DNA of 64,000 bases from Desulfovermiculus sp. (GCA_041686195.1 JAWLEI010000006.1:1728-65727); one strand, 5' to 3'. Counted from the first letter of the stretch, positions 1 through 10,093 are shown. A program made the numbers and translations. The notes: generated by a model not told the origin, from the sequence alone.

Positions 1-1320
1 CCAGAGCCTCGCCTGGATTATCAGGAGATATTTCAATATTTACCTGAAGGCGTATTTACCATCGATACCCTGTGGAGAATTACGTCATTTAATAGGACCG
101 CGGAAGGTCTCACCGGGTACAACAAGGACGAAGTCATCGGCCGGCACTGCTGGGAGGTGTTTTGCTCTGAACTCTGTCACAAAGGGTGTCCTTTGGGGGT
201 TTGCTTTGAAACCGGCAAGCTGCAGATGGACCAGGAAGTCCTGGTCACCAACCGGCACGGAGTGACCAAAACGCTCATTGTCAATGTGAATATCCTGCAG
301 GACAAAGACGGCACGATCCAGGGAGGAATTGAAACTTTCCGGCCGCCGCCGGCAGGTGAGCATATTCTGTCCCGGTCCCATGCAGCCTTTGAGGGACTGA
401 TCGGCAAAAGCCCCTCCATGCAGTCCATATTTCAGATGCTCCCGGATGTAGCAGCCAGCGAAGCCAATGTCCTGCTCTGCGGTGAGAGCGGGACTGGAAA
501 AGAAGTCCTGGCTAGGGCAATTCACAGACATTCCTGCCGGTCCAAGGGGCCTTTTGTAGCTGTCAACTGTTCTGCACTGGCAGAATCCCTGCTGGAATCA
601 GAGCTTTTCGGGCATGAAAAAGGGGCTTTTACCGGAGCCGACAGCCGCAAGCTGGGCCGATTTGAACTGGCCAGGGGTGGAACACTTTTCCTGGATGAAA
701 TTGGAGATCTCAAGCAGCAGATCCAGGTCAAACTGCTGCGGGTTATTGAAGAGCGCGAGTTTGAAAGGGTTGGCGGGACGCGGTCTCTCCCTCTTGATGC
801 CCGGATCATAAGCGCCACTAACAAGGATCTGGCCAAGGCCCTGGGCCAGAACCTGTTTCGGGACGATCTCTATTTCCGACTGCGCACAGTGCCGTTTTAT
901 GTACCTCCCTTGCGAAAACGGCCGGAAGATATTCCCCCCTTGGTCTCCCATTTTTTGAAGATTCTCAACCAGCGTTACCACAAACAGGTTCGGGCCGTGG
1001 ATCCCAAAGTCATGCGGATATTCATGAAACATGACTGGCCGGGGAATATACGCGAACTGGAACGAACCCTGGAGTATGCCTTTGTTTTTGTCAAAGGTCC
1101 GGTCATTTTTGAGCGCCATTTGCCGGAAATCACGATCAAAAATCACCAGCAGACCTCCATGGAAGACCACGCGGGCCAGGCACATAAAGGCGCAAGCGAC
1201 AAACAGTCAATACTCTTAGCTTTGTCCAAATCCGACGGCAACAGGCAACATGCCGCAGACATGCTCGGCATCAGCCGGACTTCCCTCTGGCGACGGATGA
1301 AGGAATTCAATCTGACCTGA
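1..1320 (+). CDS. sigma-54-dependent transcriptional activator (PAS sensor, AAA+, Fis-type HTH); 5' end lies outside the window
   Basis: Frame 1 is open from base 1 with a PAS-like N-terminal segment. Walker A GESGTGKE, sigma-54 contact loop [13 protein letters not shown], and a C-terminal HTH ([19 protein letters not shown]). Confidence 0.9.
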   Translation, partial: PEPRLDYQEIFQYLPEGVFTIDTLWRITSFNRTAEGLTGYNKDEVIGRHCWEVFCSELCHKGCPLGVCFETGKLQMDQEVLVTNRHGVTKTLIVNVNILQDKDGTIQGGIETFRPPPAGEHILSRSHAAFEGLIGKSPSMQSIFQMLPDVAASEANVLLCGESGTGKEVLARAIHRHSCRSKGPFVAVNCSALAESLLESELFGHEKGAFTGADSRKLGRFELARGGTLFLDEIGDLKQQIQVKLLRVIEEREFERVGGTRSLPLDARIISATNKDLAKALGQNLFRDDLYFRLRTVPFYVPPLRKRPEDIPPLVSHFLKILNQRYHKQVRAVDPKVMRIFMKHDWPGNIRELERTLEYAFVFVKGPVIFERHLPEITIKNHQQTSMEDHAGQAHKGASDKQSILLALSKSDGNRQHAADMLGISRTSLWRRMKEFNLT

Positions 1321-1323
1321 ACA

Positions 1324-1373
1324 TGTTTCAATCATGTTTCAGTGTTTCATATTCTGTTTCACTTCCTGTTTCA
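1324..1373 (+). repeat. five direct copies of TGTTTCA, starting at 1324, 1335, 1343, 1355 and 1367
   Basis: Read directly: caTGTTTCAatcaTGTTTCAgTGTTTCAtattcTGTTTCActtccTGTTTCAc. It begins 4 nt after the activator stop codon and lies about 80 to 130 nt upstream of the sigma-54 promoter. Confidence 0.8.
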
Positions 1374-1453
1374 CTTTCTGCCATTTCCTCTCCTGACTGA
1401 TCATTTCGCCTCCCAGCACTTCATTTATCCATAAATTCAAAACATTAGATAAT

Positions 1454-1469
1454 TGGCACATTGCTTGCT
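1454..1469 (+). promoter_or_regulatory. sigma-54 (RpoN) -24/-12 promoter
   Basis: TGGCACattgcTTGCt matches the consensus TGGCAC-N5-TTGCW exactly. It lies about 70 nt upstream of the ATG at 1538 and next to a sigma-54 activator gene. Confidence 0.8.
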
Positions 1470-1537
1470 GCCAGAAACATACAGGCACATTTTTGCATCA
1501 GGAGCAGCAACCAGATTCACCGTGCAAGGGGGAGCAG

Positions 1538-2002
1538 ATGATCTCGCATGAATCGCGCATCGATGAAATCACCGAGCGGTATCCAGCCAGTCCTGAGTAC
1601 CTGATATTTATGCTCCAGGATATTCAGAAAAGCTACGGTTACATCCCGCCCGAGGCCATGGATCTGATCTGTGAACAGACCGGTGTCCCGGCTTCTCAGG
1701 CCTATTCTGTGGCCACCTTCTATCAGTCCTTTCGCCTCACACCCCAGGGAGAGCACACCATCAAGGTCTGCCTGGGCACGGCATGTCACTTGAAAGGGGG
1801 ACAGCGAATCATGGATGAGTTGAAGCGGCGGCTGCAGGTCGAACCGGGTGAGACCACCCCGGACATGAAGTTCACCTACACCTCGGTCAACTGTGTGGGG
1901 GCCTGCGCCCTAGCGCCGGTAATGGTTATCGATGACCAGTATTATCCCAGTATCACGGTCAGAAAGCTGGAAAAACAACTCAAGGCCTTGAGCCGTGAAT
2001 AA
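1538..2002 (+). CDS. NuoE/HndA-like thioredoxin-fold [2Fe-2S] subunit of an NADH-dependent redox complex
   Basis: Cys pattern CLGTACHLKG...VNCVGACALAP. The ATG at 1538 is preceded by GGGGGAG. The tracked ORF start at 1493 is a TTG. Confidence 0.8.
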   Translation: MISHESRIDEITERYPASPEYLIFMLQDIQKSYGYIPPEAMDLICEQTGVPASQAYSVATFYQSFRLTPQGEHTIKVCLGTACHLKGGQRIMDELKRRLQVEPGETTPDMKFTYTSVNCVGACALAPVMVIDDQYYPSITVRKLEKQLKALSRE

Positions 2003-2019
2003 CGAACAAAGGAAAAGCC

Positions 2020-3969
2020 ATGGCTGATCAAAGCACTGCCCGAAACCTGGAAAGCTGGCGTCTGGGCTCCCATGAGGAACTCAATGAGCTGCGGGAGAAT
2101 ATCCTGGCCAGCCGGGATCCTGCCGGCCAGGAAATTATTGTCTGCCACGGCACAGGATGTGTGGCCAACGGAAGCCCGAAGGTGGCCCAGGCCCTGAACT
2201 CAGCCCTTCAAGCAGCAAACAAGGAGACCCAGGTCGTGCCGGAAATCAAAAAGACCGGCTGCCATGGATTCTGTTCCCGGGGGCCGCTGGTTATCGTCAA
2301 TCCCTATGGATACTTTTACCAGAAGGTGGGACCCAGGGATGCTGAAGATATCGTGGAACAGAGCATACTCCAGGAAAAGCCAGTGGAGCGTCTGCTGTAT
2401 AAAGACCCTCACAGTGGTAAGTCGATTTTAAGTGAAAAAGAGATTCCTTTTTATAAGCTGCAGCAACGGTCAGTGTTGCGAAATATCGGAAAGATCGACC
2501 CGACGGACATAACAGACACCATAGCTGCAGGTGGATATCAGGCCCTGGCCAAGGCCTTGACCAGCATGACCCCGCAGCAGGTGGTTGAAGAGGTGGAGAA
2601 ATCCGGCTTGCGGGGCCGCGGCGGGGCCGGCTTTCCCACTGGCCGCAAGTGGCACTCGGCCCTGGCCGCAGTGGAGAAAAAAGGCAGACCGATCTACGTG
2701 GTGGTCAATGGGGATGAGGGTGATCCCGGGGCATTTATGGATCGGACCATCATGGAAGGCGATCCACATGCTGTGCTCGAAGGTCTGATCCTGGGGGCCT
2801 ATGCCCTGGGTGCGCAGCAGGGGTATCTCTATGTCCGGGCCGAATATCCTCTGGCCATCCGGCACTTGGAGAAGGCTATGGCCCAGGCTCGGGAGCTGGG
2901 GCTGCTGGGTGAGAATATCCTTGATACCGGATTTTCCTTCGATGCCCGGATCAATCGGGGAGCCGGTGCATTCGTATGCGGAGAATCCACCGCCCTGTTC
3001 ACTTCCATTGAGGGCAAGCCCGGAAATCCTCGTCCCAAGTATGTCCGTTCAGTGGAAGAGGGTCTCTGGGGCCGCCCTACGGTACTCAACAATGTTGAAA
3101 CCTGGGCCAATGTCCCCTTGATCGTGGACAAGGGGGCGGACTGGTATGCCGGGCTGGGGGTGGCTGACAATACTGGGACCAAGGTCTTTTCCCTGGTAGG
3201 CAAGGTCAACAACGTGGGACTGGTGGAAGTGCCCATGGGCATTTCACTGGGCCGGATTATTGAGGATATAGGAGGCGGCGTGCCCGGCGGCGAGCCGTTT
3301 AAGGCCGTTCAGACCGGAGGGCCTTCAGGCGGATGCATCCCGTACTCCCTCAAGGACACTCCGGTGGACTTTGATTCTTTGGCCGAAGTGGGCTCCATGA
3401 TGGGCTCCGGGGGCATGATCGTCATGGACAGCCGGGACTGTGTTGTAGACATCAGCCGCTACTTCTTGCGTTTTCTGGAAGAGGAATCATGCGGCAAGTG
3501 CATTCCCTGCCGTCTGGGGCTGGTCCGGATGCGCAAGATGCTCGATACGTTCTCAGCCGGGAAAGGGACAGTACAGGATGTTGAGGGTCTGATCAGTCTG
3601 TCTCAGGCGGTCAAGGATGGTTCTTTGTGCGCTTTGGGCGGGAGTGCCCCCAATCCGGTCCTGACCACCCTGAAGTACTTCCGGGAAGAATATATGGCCC
3701 ATATCCAGAATCATGAGTGCCCGGCCGGGGTGTGCAAGGACCTGATCACGTACTTCATTGATCCAAAGCTGTGTACCGGCTGCGGAGTCTGCGCCCGGCA
3801 ATGCCCGCAGGGGTGCATCAGCGGTGAGGATAAAGAGCCGCATATCATTGATGCAAGCCGTTGTATCCGATGCGGAATCTGCCTGGAGTCCTGCAAGTTT
3901 GGTGCGGTGCGGGTGGAACCTGGTTACCGTACGGAGGATGCGACTGTACAGCGCGCTGAAAGCACATGA
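2020..3969 (+). CDS. NuoF/HndC-like NAD(H)- and FMN-binding flavoprotein with an N-terminal [2Fe-2S] domain and a C-terminal 2x[4Fe-4S] ferredoxin domain
   Basis: GRGGAGFPTGRKW motif, ESCGKCIPCR cluster motif, N-terminal CHGTGC...CHGFC, and C-terminal CTGCGVCARQCP / CIRCGICLESC. Confidence 0.9.
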   Translation: MADQSTARNLESWRLGSHEELNELRENILASRDPAGQEIIVCHGTGCVANGSPKVAQALNSALQAANKETQVVPEIKKTGCHGFCSRGPLVIVNPYGYFYQKVGPRDAEDIVEQSILQEKPVERLLYKDPHSGKSILSEKEIPFYKLQQRSVLRNIGKIDPTDITDTIAAGGYQALAKALTSMTPQQVVEEVEKSGLRGRGGAGFPTGRKWHSALAAVEKKGRPIYVVVNGDEGDPGAFMDRTIMEGDPHAVLEGLILGAYALGAQQGYLYVRAEYPLAIRHLEKAMAQARELGLLGENILDTGFSFDARINRGAGAFVCGESTALFTSIEGKPGNPRPKYVRSVEEGLWGRPTVLNNVETWANVPLIVDKGADWYAGLGVADNTGTKVFSLVGKVNNVGLVEVPMGISLGRIIEDIGGGVPGGEPFKAVQTGGPSGGCIPYSLKDTPVDFDSLAEVGSMMGSGGMIVMDSRDCVVDISRYFLRFLEEESCGKCIPCRLGLVRMRKMLDTFSAGKGTVQDVEGLISLSQAVKDGSLCALGGSAPNPVLTTLKYFREEYMAHIQNHECPAGVCKDLITYFIDPKLCTGCGVCARQCPQGCISGEDKEPHIIDASRCIRCGICLESCKFGAVRVEPGYRTEDATVQRAEST

Positions 3970-4007
3970 GCTCTGACTGTGAAAAAACGTTCAAGGAGCC
4001 ACAGCCA

Positions 4008-4586
4008 ATGATGACCATTTGTATTGACGGGCAGGAGGTTCAGGCCAGACCGGGCTGGACTGTTCTGGAAACAGCCAGGCACCACGGTTTTTATATCCCC
4101 ACCCTTTGTTACCATGAGGCAGTGAGTCCAAGCGGGGTCTGCCGCATGTGTCTTGTACAACTCGGAGAGGGGCCACAGGCGAAACTGGTCGCTTCCTGCA
4201 TGTATCCGGTGGCTGAGGGAATGAAAATATTTACAGATTCTGATCGGGTCCGCAATGTGCGGCGCTGGATTCTGGAAATGCTCTTGTCTGAATGCCCGGC
4301 CAGCAAAGAAATTCAGGATTTGGCCGCCAGGTACAGCGTGACTGGAACCAGGTTTGAAGTGGAAAACCCGGAGGAGCAGTGCATGCTCTGCGGACTGTGT
4401 ACCCGGGTGTGCACAGAAGTGGTCGGACTGGCGGCTATATCCACTGTCAGCAGGGGAGTGCACAAAAAAATTGGCACCCCTTTTCTGCGGCCCACCGAGG
4501 TCTGTGTCGAATGCGGCTGCTGTGTGACCATATGCCCGACGAATGCCATGCAGGCCAGGATCGACTCGGTGCGCGGAGTATCTTAA
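4008..4586 (+). CDS. NuoG-N-terminal-like [2Fe-2S]/[4Fe-4S] ferredoxin subunit
   Basis: MMTICIDGQEV...IPTLCYH...CRMCLV resembles the NuoG/HndD N-terminus, followed by CMLCGLCTRVC and CVECGCCVTICP. AAGGAG lies upstream of the ATG at 4008. An alternative ATG at 3966 overlaps the upstream stop (ATGA). Confidence 0.75.
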   Translation: MMTICIDGQEVQARPGWTVLETARHHGFYIPTLCYHEAVSPSGVCRMCLVQLGEGPQAKLVASCMYPVAEGMKIFTDSDRVRNVRRWILEMLLSECPASKEIQDLAARYSVTGTRFEVENPEEQCMLCGLCTRVCTEVVGLAAISTVSRGVHKKIGTPFLRPTEVCVECGCCVTICPTNAMQARIDSVRGVS

Positions 4587-4611
4587 CTATTCAGGGGAGG
4601 AGGCAAAACCC

Positions 4612-7035
4612 ATGAGCGCACAAGCAAGAACAGGCGTCTTTCTGTGCCGCTGCGGGGAAAGAATCGGACCACTGGTTGATCTGAATGCTCTTTCCCGCCA
4701 GGTGAGTGAGGATAAAAATGTTGATCACTGTGAAATACTGCCCTATCCATGCCTTAGTCCCGGCCTGGACAGGATGATGAGCGCAGTGGCGGAAAAGGGT
4801 CTGAACCGGCTGATCATCGCCGGATGCGAAAGCCGGTTGATGCTCAAGAAGTTTGAAAAAAAAATCGAACCCCTGGAGCTGCTCAAAGGGCAGATCGACA
4901 TGGTCAACTTACGGGGCCATATTGCGGCAGCCAACGACATATCTCCAGCCTTGCGGGCCGAGAAGGGAGCCAGATTGATTAGGGCGGCGGCAGCGGAAAT
5001 GGCCGTGCTCTCGCCAACCATTCAGAAGCGGGCCTTTCTTGAGGGCCCGGTCATGATCATCGGCGGTGGTGTGGCTTCATGGACAGCTGCCAAAGAGGTG
5101 GCCAAAGAGGGGCTGGACTTCATGATGTGTCCTGGACAAAGCGATTCCCAATGCCTGATGCAGAACCTGCATTGGACGTATCCCGGGGAAAGTGAATTGT
5201 CGCCCCGCCTGGAGAAGATTGTGCGTGAAGTGCTGCAGAGCCCAAGGCTGAGCATGCTTCCGCCCGGGGAGCTCATTTCTCTGTCCGGGGTGACTGGAGA
5301 TTACAAGCTGACCTTTTCCCAGCCCGATGGAAGCTATAGTCTCTATGAGGCCGGGGCTATTATCGCCTGTCTTGACAGCCATTTGCAGCCTCCAAGCCGG
5401 GAATACGGCTATGACGGGCAGAAGGTGATCACCCAGCCCGAGTTTAACGATTTTTTGTCCGTAAGGGGTATTTCCAGCCGACGGGTTGTTTTCTGGGTCA
5501 GTGATTACGAGGCCGGGTATCCGGAATTTGCACAGCTCTCAGCCCTTTCGGCCTGGGACATGGCCTGCCGGGTGCGTCAGTCCTTTCCCAAATCCCAGGT
5601 CGTTCTCCTCTACAACGAGCATATGGAGCTGCCTCTTTTGGCCCAGGACCGGGCATACGCCCGAAAGATCGGAGTCTTTCTGGTCCCCTATGACCAGGCC
5701 ATCCAGCCCACGGTACAGGAGGGATTCATCACCGTCGGCAATGCCAATGATCATGTCGAGTATGACCTGCCCTGGGATGTGCTCATCCTTTCCCCGGAGC
5801 GGGTACTGGGGGAAGAGACGCAACGGACAGCGGAAACTCTCGGCCTTCTCCATCAGAACCGGTTTTTGACCGGACACCATGCCAGGGTACGCCCTGAACA
5901 GGTCGGACGGGAGGAGACCTATCTGGCCGGCAGCGCCAGGTATCCCTGTGACCTGCATGAAGCTCTGGCCCAGGGATACAAGGCGGGCAGAAAGACAGCT
6001 GAGCTGTACGCAAAGTCCAGGGCAGGAGAGCTGTTTGTTCCCCGGATTGTATGCGCTGTAGATCCGGACAAGTGCATCGGATGCGGTTTGTGTCAGGAAC
6101 TGTGCGACTGCGGAGGCATCGGAGTGGAGGAAAGCTCCGGCGGTGGCCTGCCGCGAGTTGTGGACCCCCTGATGTGTACCGGGGGAGGGACATGTGCGGC
6201 CGCCTGCCCATATAAGGCCCTGGTGCTGCAAAACAATACCACGGATCAGCGCGAGGCCCGGATCACATCTCTGGCCAGGCAGCTGGGGGCAGACGATATC
6301 ATCGCCGTATGCTGCGCCTGGGGCGGGCAGCCGGCTGCGGACAACGCGGGGAAAAAAGGGCTTGGCCATGATCCAAGAGTTCATATGCTGGGAGTGCCGT
6401 GTGTGGGACAGCTCGATCCCGGAATCCTGGCCCGTGCTTTACTGGAAGGGGCATCCGGCCTGATCCTGGTCGGATGTGATCCAGAAGCGTGTCATCACTC
6501 CTATGGGGTCGATCATGCCTGGAGCCGCATCAATTTGATGAAAAAGCTCCTTGATTTGTGCGGGCTGGATAGACGCCGTATCGCCCTGGCCCATGCCGAT
6601 CTGAACCGGCCGGAAGACTTTGTGCGCACAGTGAATAGTTTTGCCGATACCATCTCGGTCCTTGGTCCCATAGAAAAGACGGACCAGAATATGAGCAAAC
6701 TGGAATGCATGTATGATCTGGTGTCCAACAACACCCGCATCCGGCATCTGCTGTGCGTCACTCTGCGTCAGAACAATGAGACTGAGTACAAGGGCAGTCA
6801 GCGGCATTCACTGGAATTTGACCGCGATTTTTCTGTCGCTCTGCAGGAGGAATTCCTGCGCACCCGGGTACTGCATGTGCTGCGGGAGGAAAACAGGCCT
6901 CTGCCTCTGCGTGATCTCAGCAGCGAGCTGATGGAAAGCTGGGAATATGTGGGTGAGCAGTTGTGGTCCATGGTTCAAGACGGCCTAATTCAGCGCAGGC
7001 ATCAGGACCACAAGGCCCTGTTCACTATCCAATAA
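4612..7035 (+). CDS. HdrA-like flavoprotein fused to an MvhD (methyl-viologen-reducing hydrogenase delta) domain, with an extra C-terminal winged-helix-like tail
   Basis: N-terminal VFLCRCGERIG motif and a dinucleotide fold (MIIGGGVASWTAA). 2x[4Fe-4S] motifs CIGCGLCQELC / CTGGGTCAAACP. MvhD-like segment (IIAVCCAWGG...VPCVGQLD...LILVGCDPEACHH). GGAGG precedes the ATG at 4612. Confidence 0.75.
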   Translation: MSAQARTGVFLCRCGERIGPLVDLNALSRQVSEDKNVDHCEILPYPCLSPGLDRMMSAVAEKGLNRLIIAGCESRLMLKKFEKKIEPLELLKGQIDMVNLRGHIAAANDISPALRAEKGARLIRAAAAEMAVLSPTIQKRAFLEGPVMIIGGGVASWTAAKEVAKEGLDFMMCPGQSDSQCLMQNLHWTYPGESELSPRLEKIVREVLQSPRLSMLPPGELISLSGVTGDYKLTFSQPDGSYSLYEAGAIIACLDSHLQPPSREYGYDGQKVITQPEFNDFLSVRGISSRRVVFWVSDYEAGYPEFAQLSALSAWDMACRVRQSFPKSQVVLLYNEHMELPLLAQDRAYARKIGVFLVPYDQAIQPTVQEGFITVGNANDHVEYDLPWDVLILSPERVLGEETQRTAETLGLLHQNRFLTGHHARVRPEQVGREETYLAGSARYPCDLHEALAQGYKAGRKTAELYAKSRAGELFVPRIVCAVDPDKCIGCGLCQELCDCGGIGVEESSGGGLPRVVDPLMCTGGGTCAAACPYKALVLQNNTTDQREARITSLARQLGADDIIAVCCAWGGQPAADNAGKKGLGHDPRVHMLGVPCVGQLDPGILARALLEGASGLILVGCDPEACHHSYGVDHAWSRINLMKKLLDLCGLDRRRIALAHADLNRPEDFVRTVNSFADTISVLGPIEKTDQNMSKLECMYDLVSNNTRIRHLLCVTLRQNNETEYKGSQRHSLEFDRDFSVALQEEFLRTRVLHVLREENRPLPLRDLSSELMESWEYVGEQLWSMVQDGLIQRRHQDHKALFTIQ

Positions 7036-7044
7036 GCCAGGAAT

Positions 7045-7096
7045 CAGAAAACTTACCGGAGGGCCCGCTAACGTCGGCCCTCCGGTAAGTTTTCTG
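7045..7096. terminator. 21-bp perfect-stem hairpin between convergent genes; probable bidirectional terminator
   Basis: The arm cagaaaacttaccggagggcc (7045-7065) pairs with ggccctccggtaagttttctg (7076-7096) around a 10-nt loop. There is no separate U-tract beyond the U-rich end of the stem. Confidence 0.6.
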
Positions 7097-7099
7097 TGA

Positions 7100-8929
7100 T
7101 TACTTTGAAATTCCGGCAATCGAATAGACTGTCTGTCCATCCACCTCTTCCTGATCCAGCAGGGTTTGGGCCAGCTGGTCCAGGGCCTGCCGGTGGCGGC
7201 TCAAAAGGTCTTTGGCCTGTTCAAAAGCATCCTTGAGGATGGATTCCACTTCTTGATCCACTGCCTGGGAAGTGGCTTCGCTATATTCCTTGGTTTTGCC
7301 CAACTCCTCGCCCAGAAAGACCTGCCCCCCGGCACTGCCCAGGGCCATATGCTCGAACTGGCCGCTCATGCCCCACTCCAGGACCATTTTGCGGGCCATT
7401 TTCGTGGCCTGCTGCAGATCATTGGCCGCCCCGCTGGTCGCGGTTTCAAAAACCAGTGACTCGGCGCAGCGTCCCCCCATCATCACCGCCAGCCGGTCAT
7501 GCAAATATTCCCTGGGGTATATGTAGCGATCCTGATCCGGAAACTGCTGGGTCGCCCCCATGGACTGGCTTCTGGGTACAATGGAAACCTTGTGCACCGG
7601 ATCGGCATTGGGCAACAGGGCCCCCACCAGGGCATGCCCGGCCTCGTGGTAGGCCACCATGCGTTTTTCCTCATCAGTCATGACCAGACCGTGGCGTTTA
7701 AGGCCCATTAAAATCTTGTCCCTGGCGGCCTCAATTTCGTTATGGGTGATGGTTTCCTGTCCTTCCCTGGCTGCCAGCAGGGTGGCTTCGTTGAGCATAT
7801 TTTCCAGATCAGCCCCTGAAAACCCCTGAGTCTCCCGGGCCAGACGGTCCAGATCCACATCATCGCTGAGTTTCTTCTTTTGGGTGTACAGCTGCAACAG
7901 CTCCAGTCTGTCCTGAGTGGTGGGAAGATCCACCATGATCTGGCGGTCGAAACGACCCGGACGGCTCAGGGCCGGGTCCAGGATGTCCGGCCGGTTGGTA
8001 GCGCATATGACAATGATATTTTCATGGGCTTCAAAGCCGTCCAGCTCAGACAGAAGCTGGTTCAGGGTCTGTTCCCGTTCGTCGTGACCACCGCCCAGTC
8101 CGGCCCCCCGGCGCCGGCCGATAGCGTCTATCTCGTCGATAAAGATAATGCACGGGGCGTTTTTCCTGGCATCCTGAAACAGGTTGCGCACCCTCTTGGC
8201 CCCAACGCCCACAAACATCTCCATAAAATCAGAACCTGTTATGGAGAAAAAGGGCACTCCCGCCTCTCCAGCCACGGCCCTGGCCAGAAGGGTCTTCCCT
8301 GTGCCCGGGGGGCCAACGAGCATAAGCCCTTTGGGGATCTTGCCGCCCATTTCCTGAATTCTGCCCGGTTCTGTCAGATAGTCTACAACTTCCTGCAGCT
8401 CGACCTTGGCCTCCTGGGAGCCGGCCACATCGTCAAAGGTGGTTTTTTCCTGACTCTGGTCATACTTCTTGGCCTGGCTCTTGCCGATATTAAAGGGGCC
8501 TCCTCCCCCTCCTTGTCCCTGCATCCGCCGGTATTGGATATAAATGAGAGAGAAAATCAAAAGCATGGGCAGTAAAGAGATGATAATATACCAGAATACG
8601 CGATCGGTTTCCGGCTCAGTGGTCACCTCAACTTCCTGCTCCTGCAGCTCAGACATCAGCTCCTGATCACCGAAGGAAGGGAAATAGGTGGAAAAGTCGG
8701 TATATTTTGTATCTTGGTACGAGGCCTCTTCTTTCACCGTACCTTCGATGCTCTCGCCCTTGACCGTTATTTCCTGCACATTGCCATTTTCTACCTGCTC
8801 CAGAAATTCACTGTAGCTGATCTTGGTCGCGGCCTTGTACTGCGAAAGATAGCTCCAGGCGAAAAAAGCAAAAAATACAGCGAGAAGGATGAAAATATGC
8901 CTGTTTTGCTGCAAGTAGTTATTGGCCAT
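7100..8929 (-). CDS. ftsH: ATP-dependent zinc metalloprotease FtsH
   Basis: N-terminal TM segment, Walker [19 protein letters not shown], second region of homology, and the zinc motif HEAGHAL. Confidence 0.97.
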   Translation of the reverse strand: MANNYLQQNRHIFILLAVFFAFFAWSYLSQYKAATKISYSEFLEQVENGNVQEITVKGESIEGTVKEEASYQDTKYTDFSTYFPSFGDQELMSELQEQEVEVTTEPETDRVFWYIIISLLPMLLIFSLIYIQYRRMQGQGGGGGPFNIGKSQAKKYDQSQEKTTFDDVAGSQEAKVELQEVVDYLTEPGRIQEMGGKIPKGLMLVGPPGTGKTLLARAVAGEAGVPFFSITGSDFMEMFVGVGAKRVRNLFQDARKNAPCIIFIDEIDAIGRRRGAGLGGGHDEREQTLNQLLSELDGFEAHENIIVICATNRPDILDPALSRPGRFDRQIMVDLPTTQDRLELLQLYTQKKKLSDDVDLDRLARETQGFSGADLENMLNEATLLAAREGQETITHNEIEAARDKILMGLKRHGLVMTDEEKRMVAYHEAGHALVGALLPNADPVHKVSIVPRSQSMGATQQFPDQDRYIYPREYLHDRLAVMMGGRCAESLVFETATSGAANDLQQATKMARKMVLEWGMSGQFEHMALGSAGGQVFLGEELGKTKEYSEATSQAVDQEVESILKDAFEQAKDLLSRHRQALDQLAQTLLDQEEVDGQTVYSIAGISK

Positions 8930-9160
8930 TTTTTACTCCGAATCGGGTGTATGTATCAATTCCATCCTCTTGCGGTATGAGCCTGAAAGCGTATATTAAT
9001 GGGCTGCACAATGGATTTGCTTAATCCGCTTGGGGCAGGCCGCAGGTAAGAACGTGCATAGATTCCATTTCAAGCATGATTTTGTCAACTAAGCTGGTGA
9101 GACCAGATCCGCCATGCCGGAAAGAGATCTCCATACCAGAATGACCATAGGACCTTTCAT

Positions 9161-10093
9161 ATGTACCTTAACCATTCTTTTCCCTCAGTCTTGGCCCGAT
9201 ACGATTTTATTCTCATGGAGGCGGCGGTCAGTGAGCTCTTGGCACACAGATATCAGTACCCTGTACATTCACAACTCGGCAGCGCTCCGGCTATCTATGA
9301 CCGGGCCGGGCAGCTGGCCTTAAAGAAGCTGTACAGCGGATTCCTGACCCTGGCCCGGGACAGCAATATACCCCTTTTGATCACTGCCCCGACCTGGAGG
9401 ACCAATCAGAACCTGGTCAGTATCTCGGATATTCCGGACACAATCAACCGGGACGCGCTCAGATTCACGCAAGGGTTGCGCCAGGAGCTCGGTCAGGAGA
9501 TGGAGCATCCGGTCCCCATCGGCGGATTGCTTGGACCGCTAAATGACGCCTACAGACCGGACCTGGCTCTGGATGAAGAAACCGGGCACCAGGTGCATGC
9601 CTGGCAGGCACACGAACTGGCCCAGGCCGGAGCGGACTATCTCATGGCTGCCACCCTGCCGGCAGTGGAAGAAGCAGCCGGTCTGGCAAAGGCCATGGCC
9701 CGGACCGAAATTCCCTATCTGGTCAGCTTTGTCATCAATCGGCAGGGCCGTATCCTGGACGGCAGTTCTCTGGATCAAGCCATACAGCGCATTGACGCTG
9801 ATTGCTCTCCGCCTCCAATTGGGTACATGATCAATTGTTCCTATCCGTCTTTTTTCCAGCCCCACGAGGAGCCAGCCAGATTTTTGGCCAGGATTATAGG
9901 CTATCAGGCCAATGCCTCTTCCCTGGAGCATCAGGAGTTGGACCAGGCCAGGGAGGTTCGGGCCGATGCAGTGGAGGATTGGGGAGAGCGGATGCTTGCT
10001 CTGCACCGGCGTTGGGGGTTGAAGATTCTGGGCGGATGCTGCGGAAGCGGCGAGGAACATCTGCGCTATCTGGTACAGGGGCAGAAAAGTTGA
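9161..10093 (+). CDS. homocysteine S-methyltransferase-domain protein
   Basis: The C-terminal GGCCGSGEEHLRYL is typical of the Hcy-binding zinc domain. Length and layout match standalone S-methyltransferase family members. Confidence 0.7.
   Translation: MYLNHSFPSVLARYDFILMEAAVSELLAHRYQYPVHSQLGSAPAIYDRAGQLALKKLYSGFLTLARDSNIPLLITAPTWRTNQNLVSISDIPDTINRDALRFTQGLRQELGQEMEHPVPIGGLLGPLNDAYRPDLALDEETGHQVHAWQAHELAQAGADYLMAATLPAVEEAAGLAKAMARTEIPYLVSFVINRQGRILDGSSLDQAIQRIDADCSPPPIGYMINCSYPSFFQPHEEPARFLARIIGYQANASSLEHQELDQAREVRADAVEDWGERMLALHRRWGLKILGGCCGSGEEHLRYLVQGQKS

Noticed and set aside
5539-6384. A 281-aa ORF on the minus strand (plus 5783-6211)
   Set aside because: It is antisense to the HdrA-MvhD gene, whose ferredoxin and MvhD motifs are clear. 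It is a shadow ORF.
9114-9323. A 69-aa plus-strand ORF upstream of, and overlapping, the Hcy methyltransferase gene
   Set aside because: It overlaps the better-supported 9161 ORF out of frame and has no motifs.
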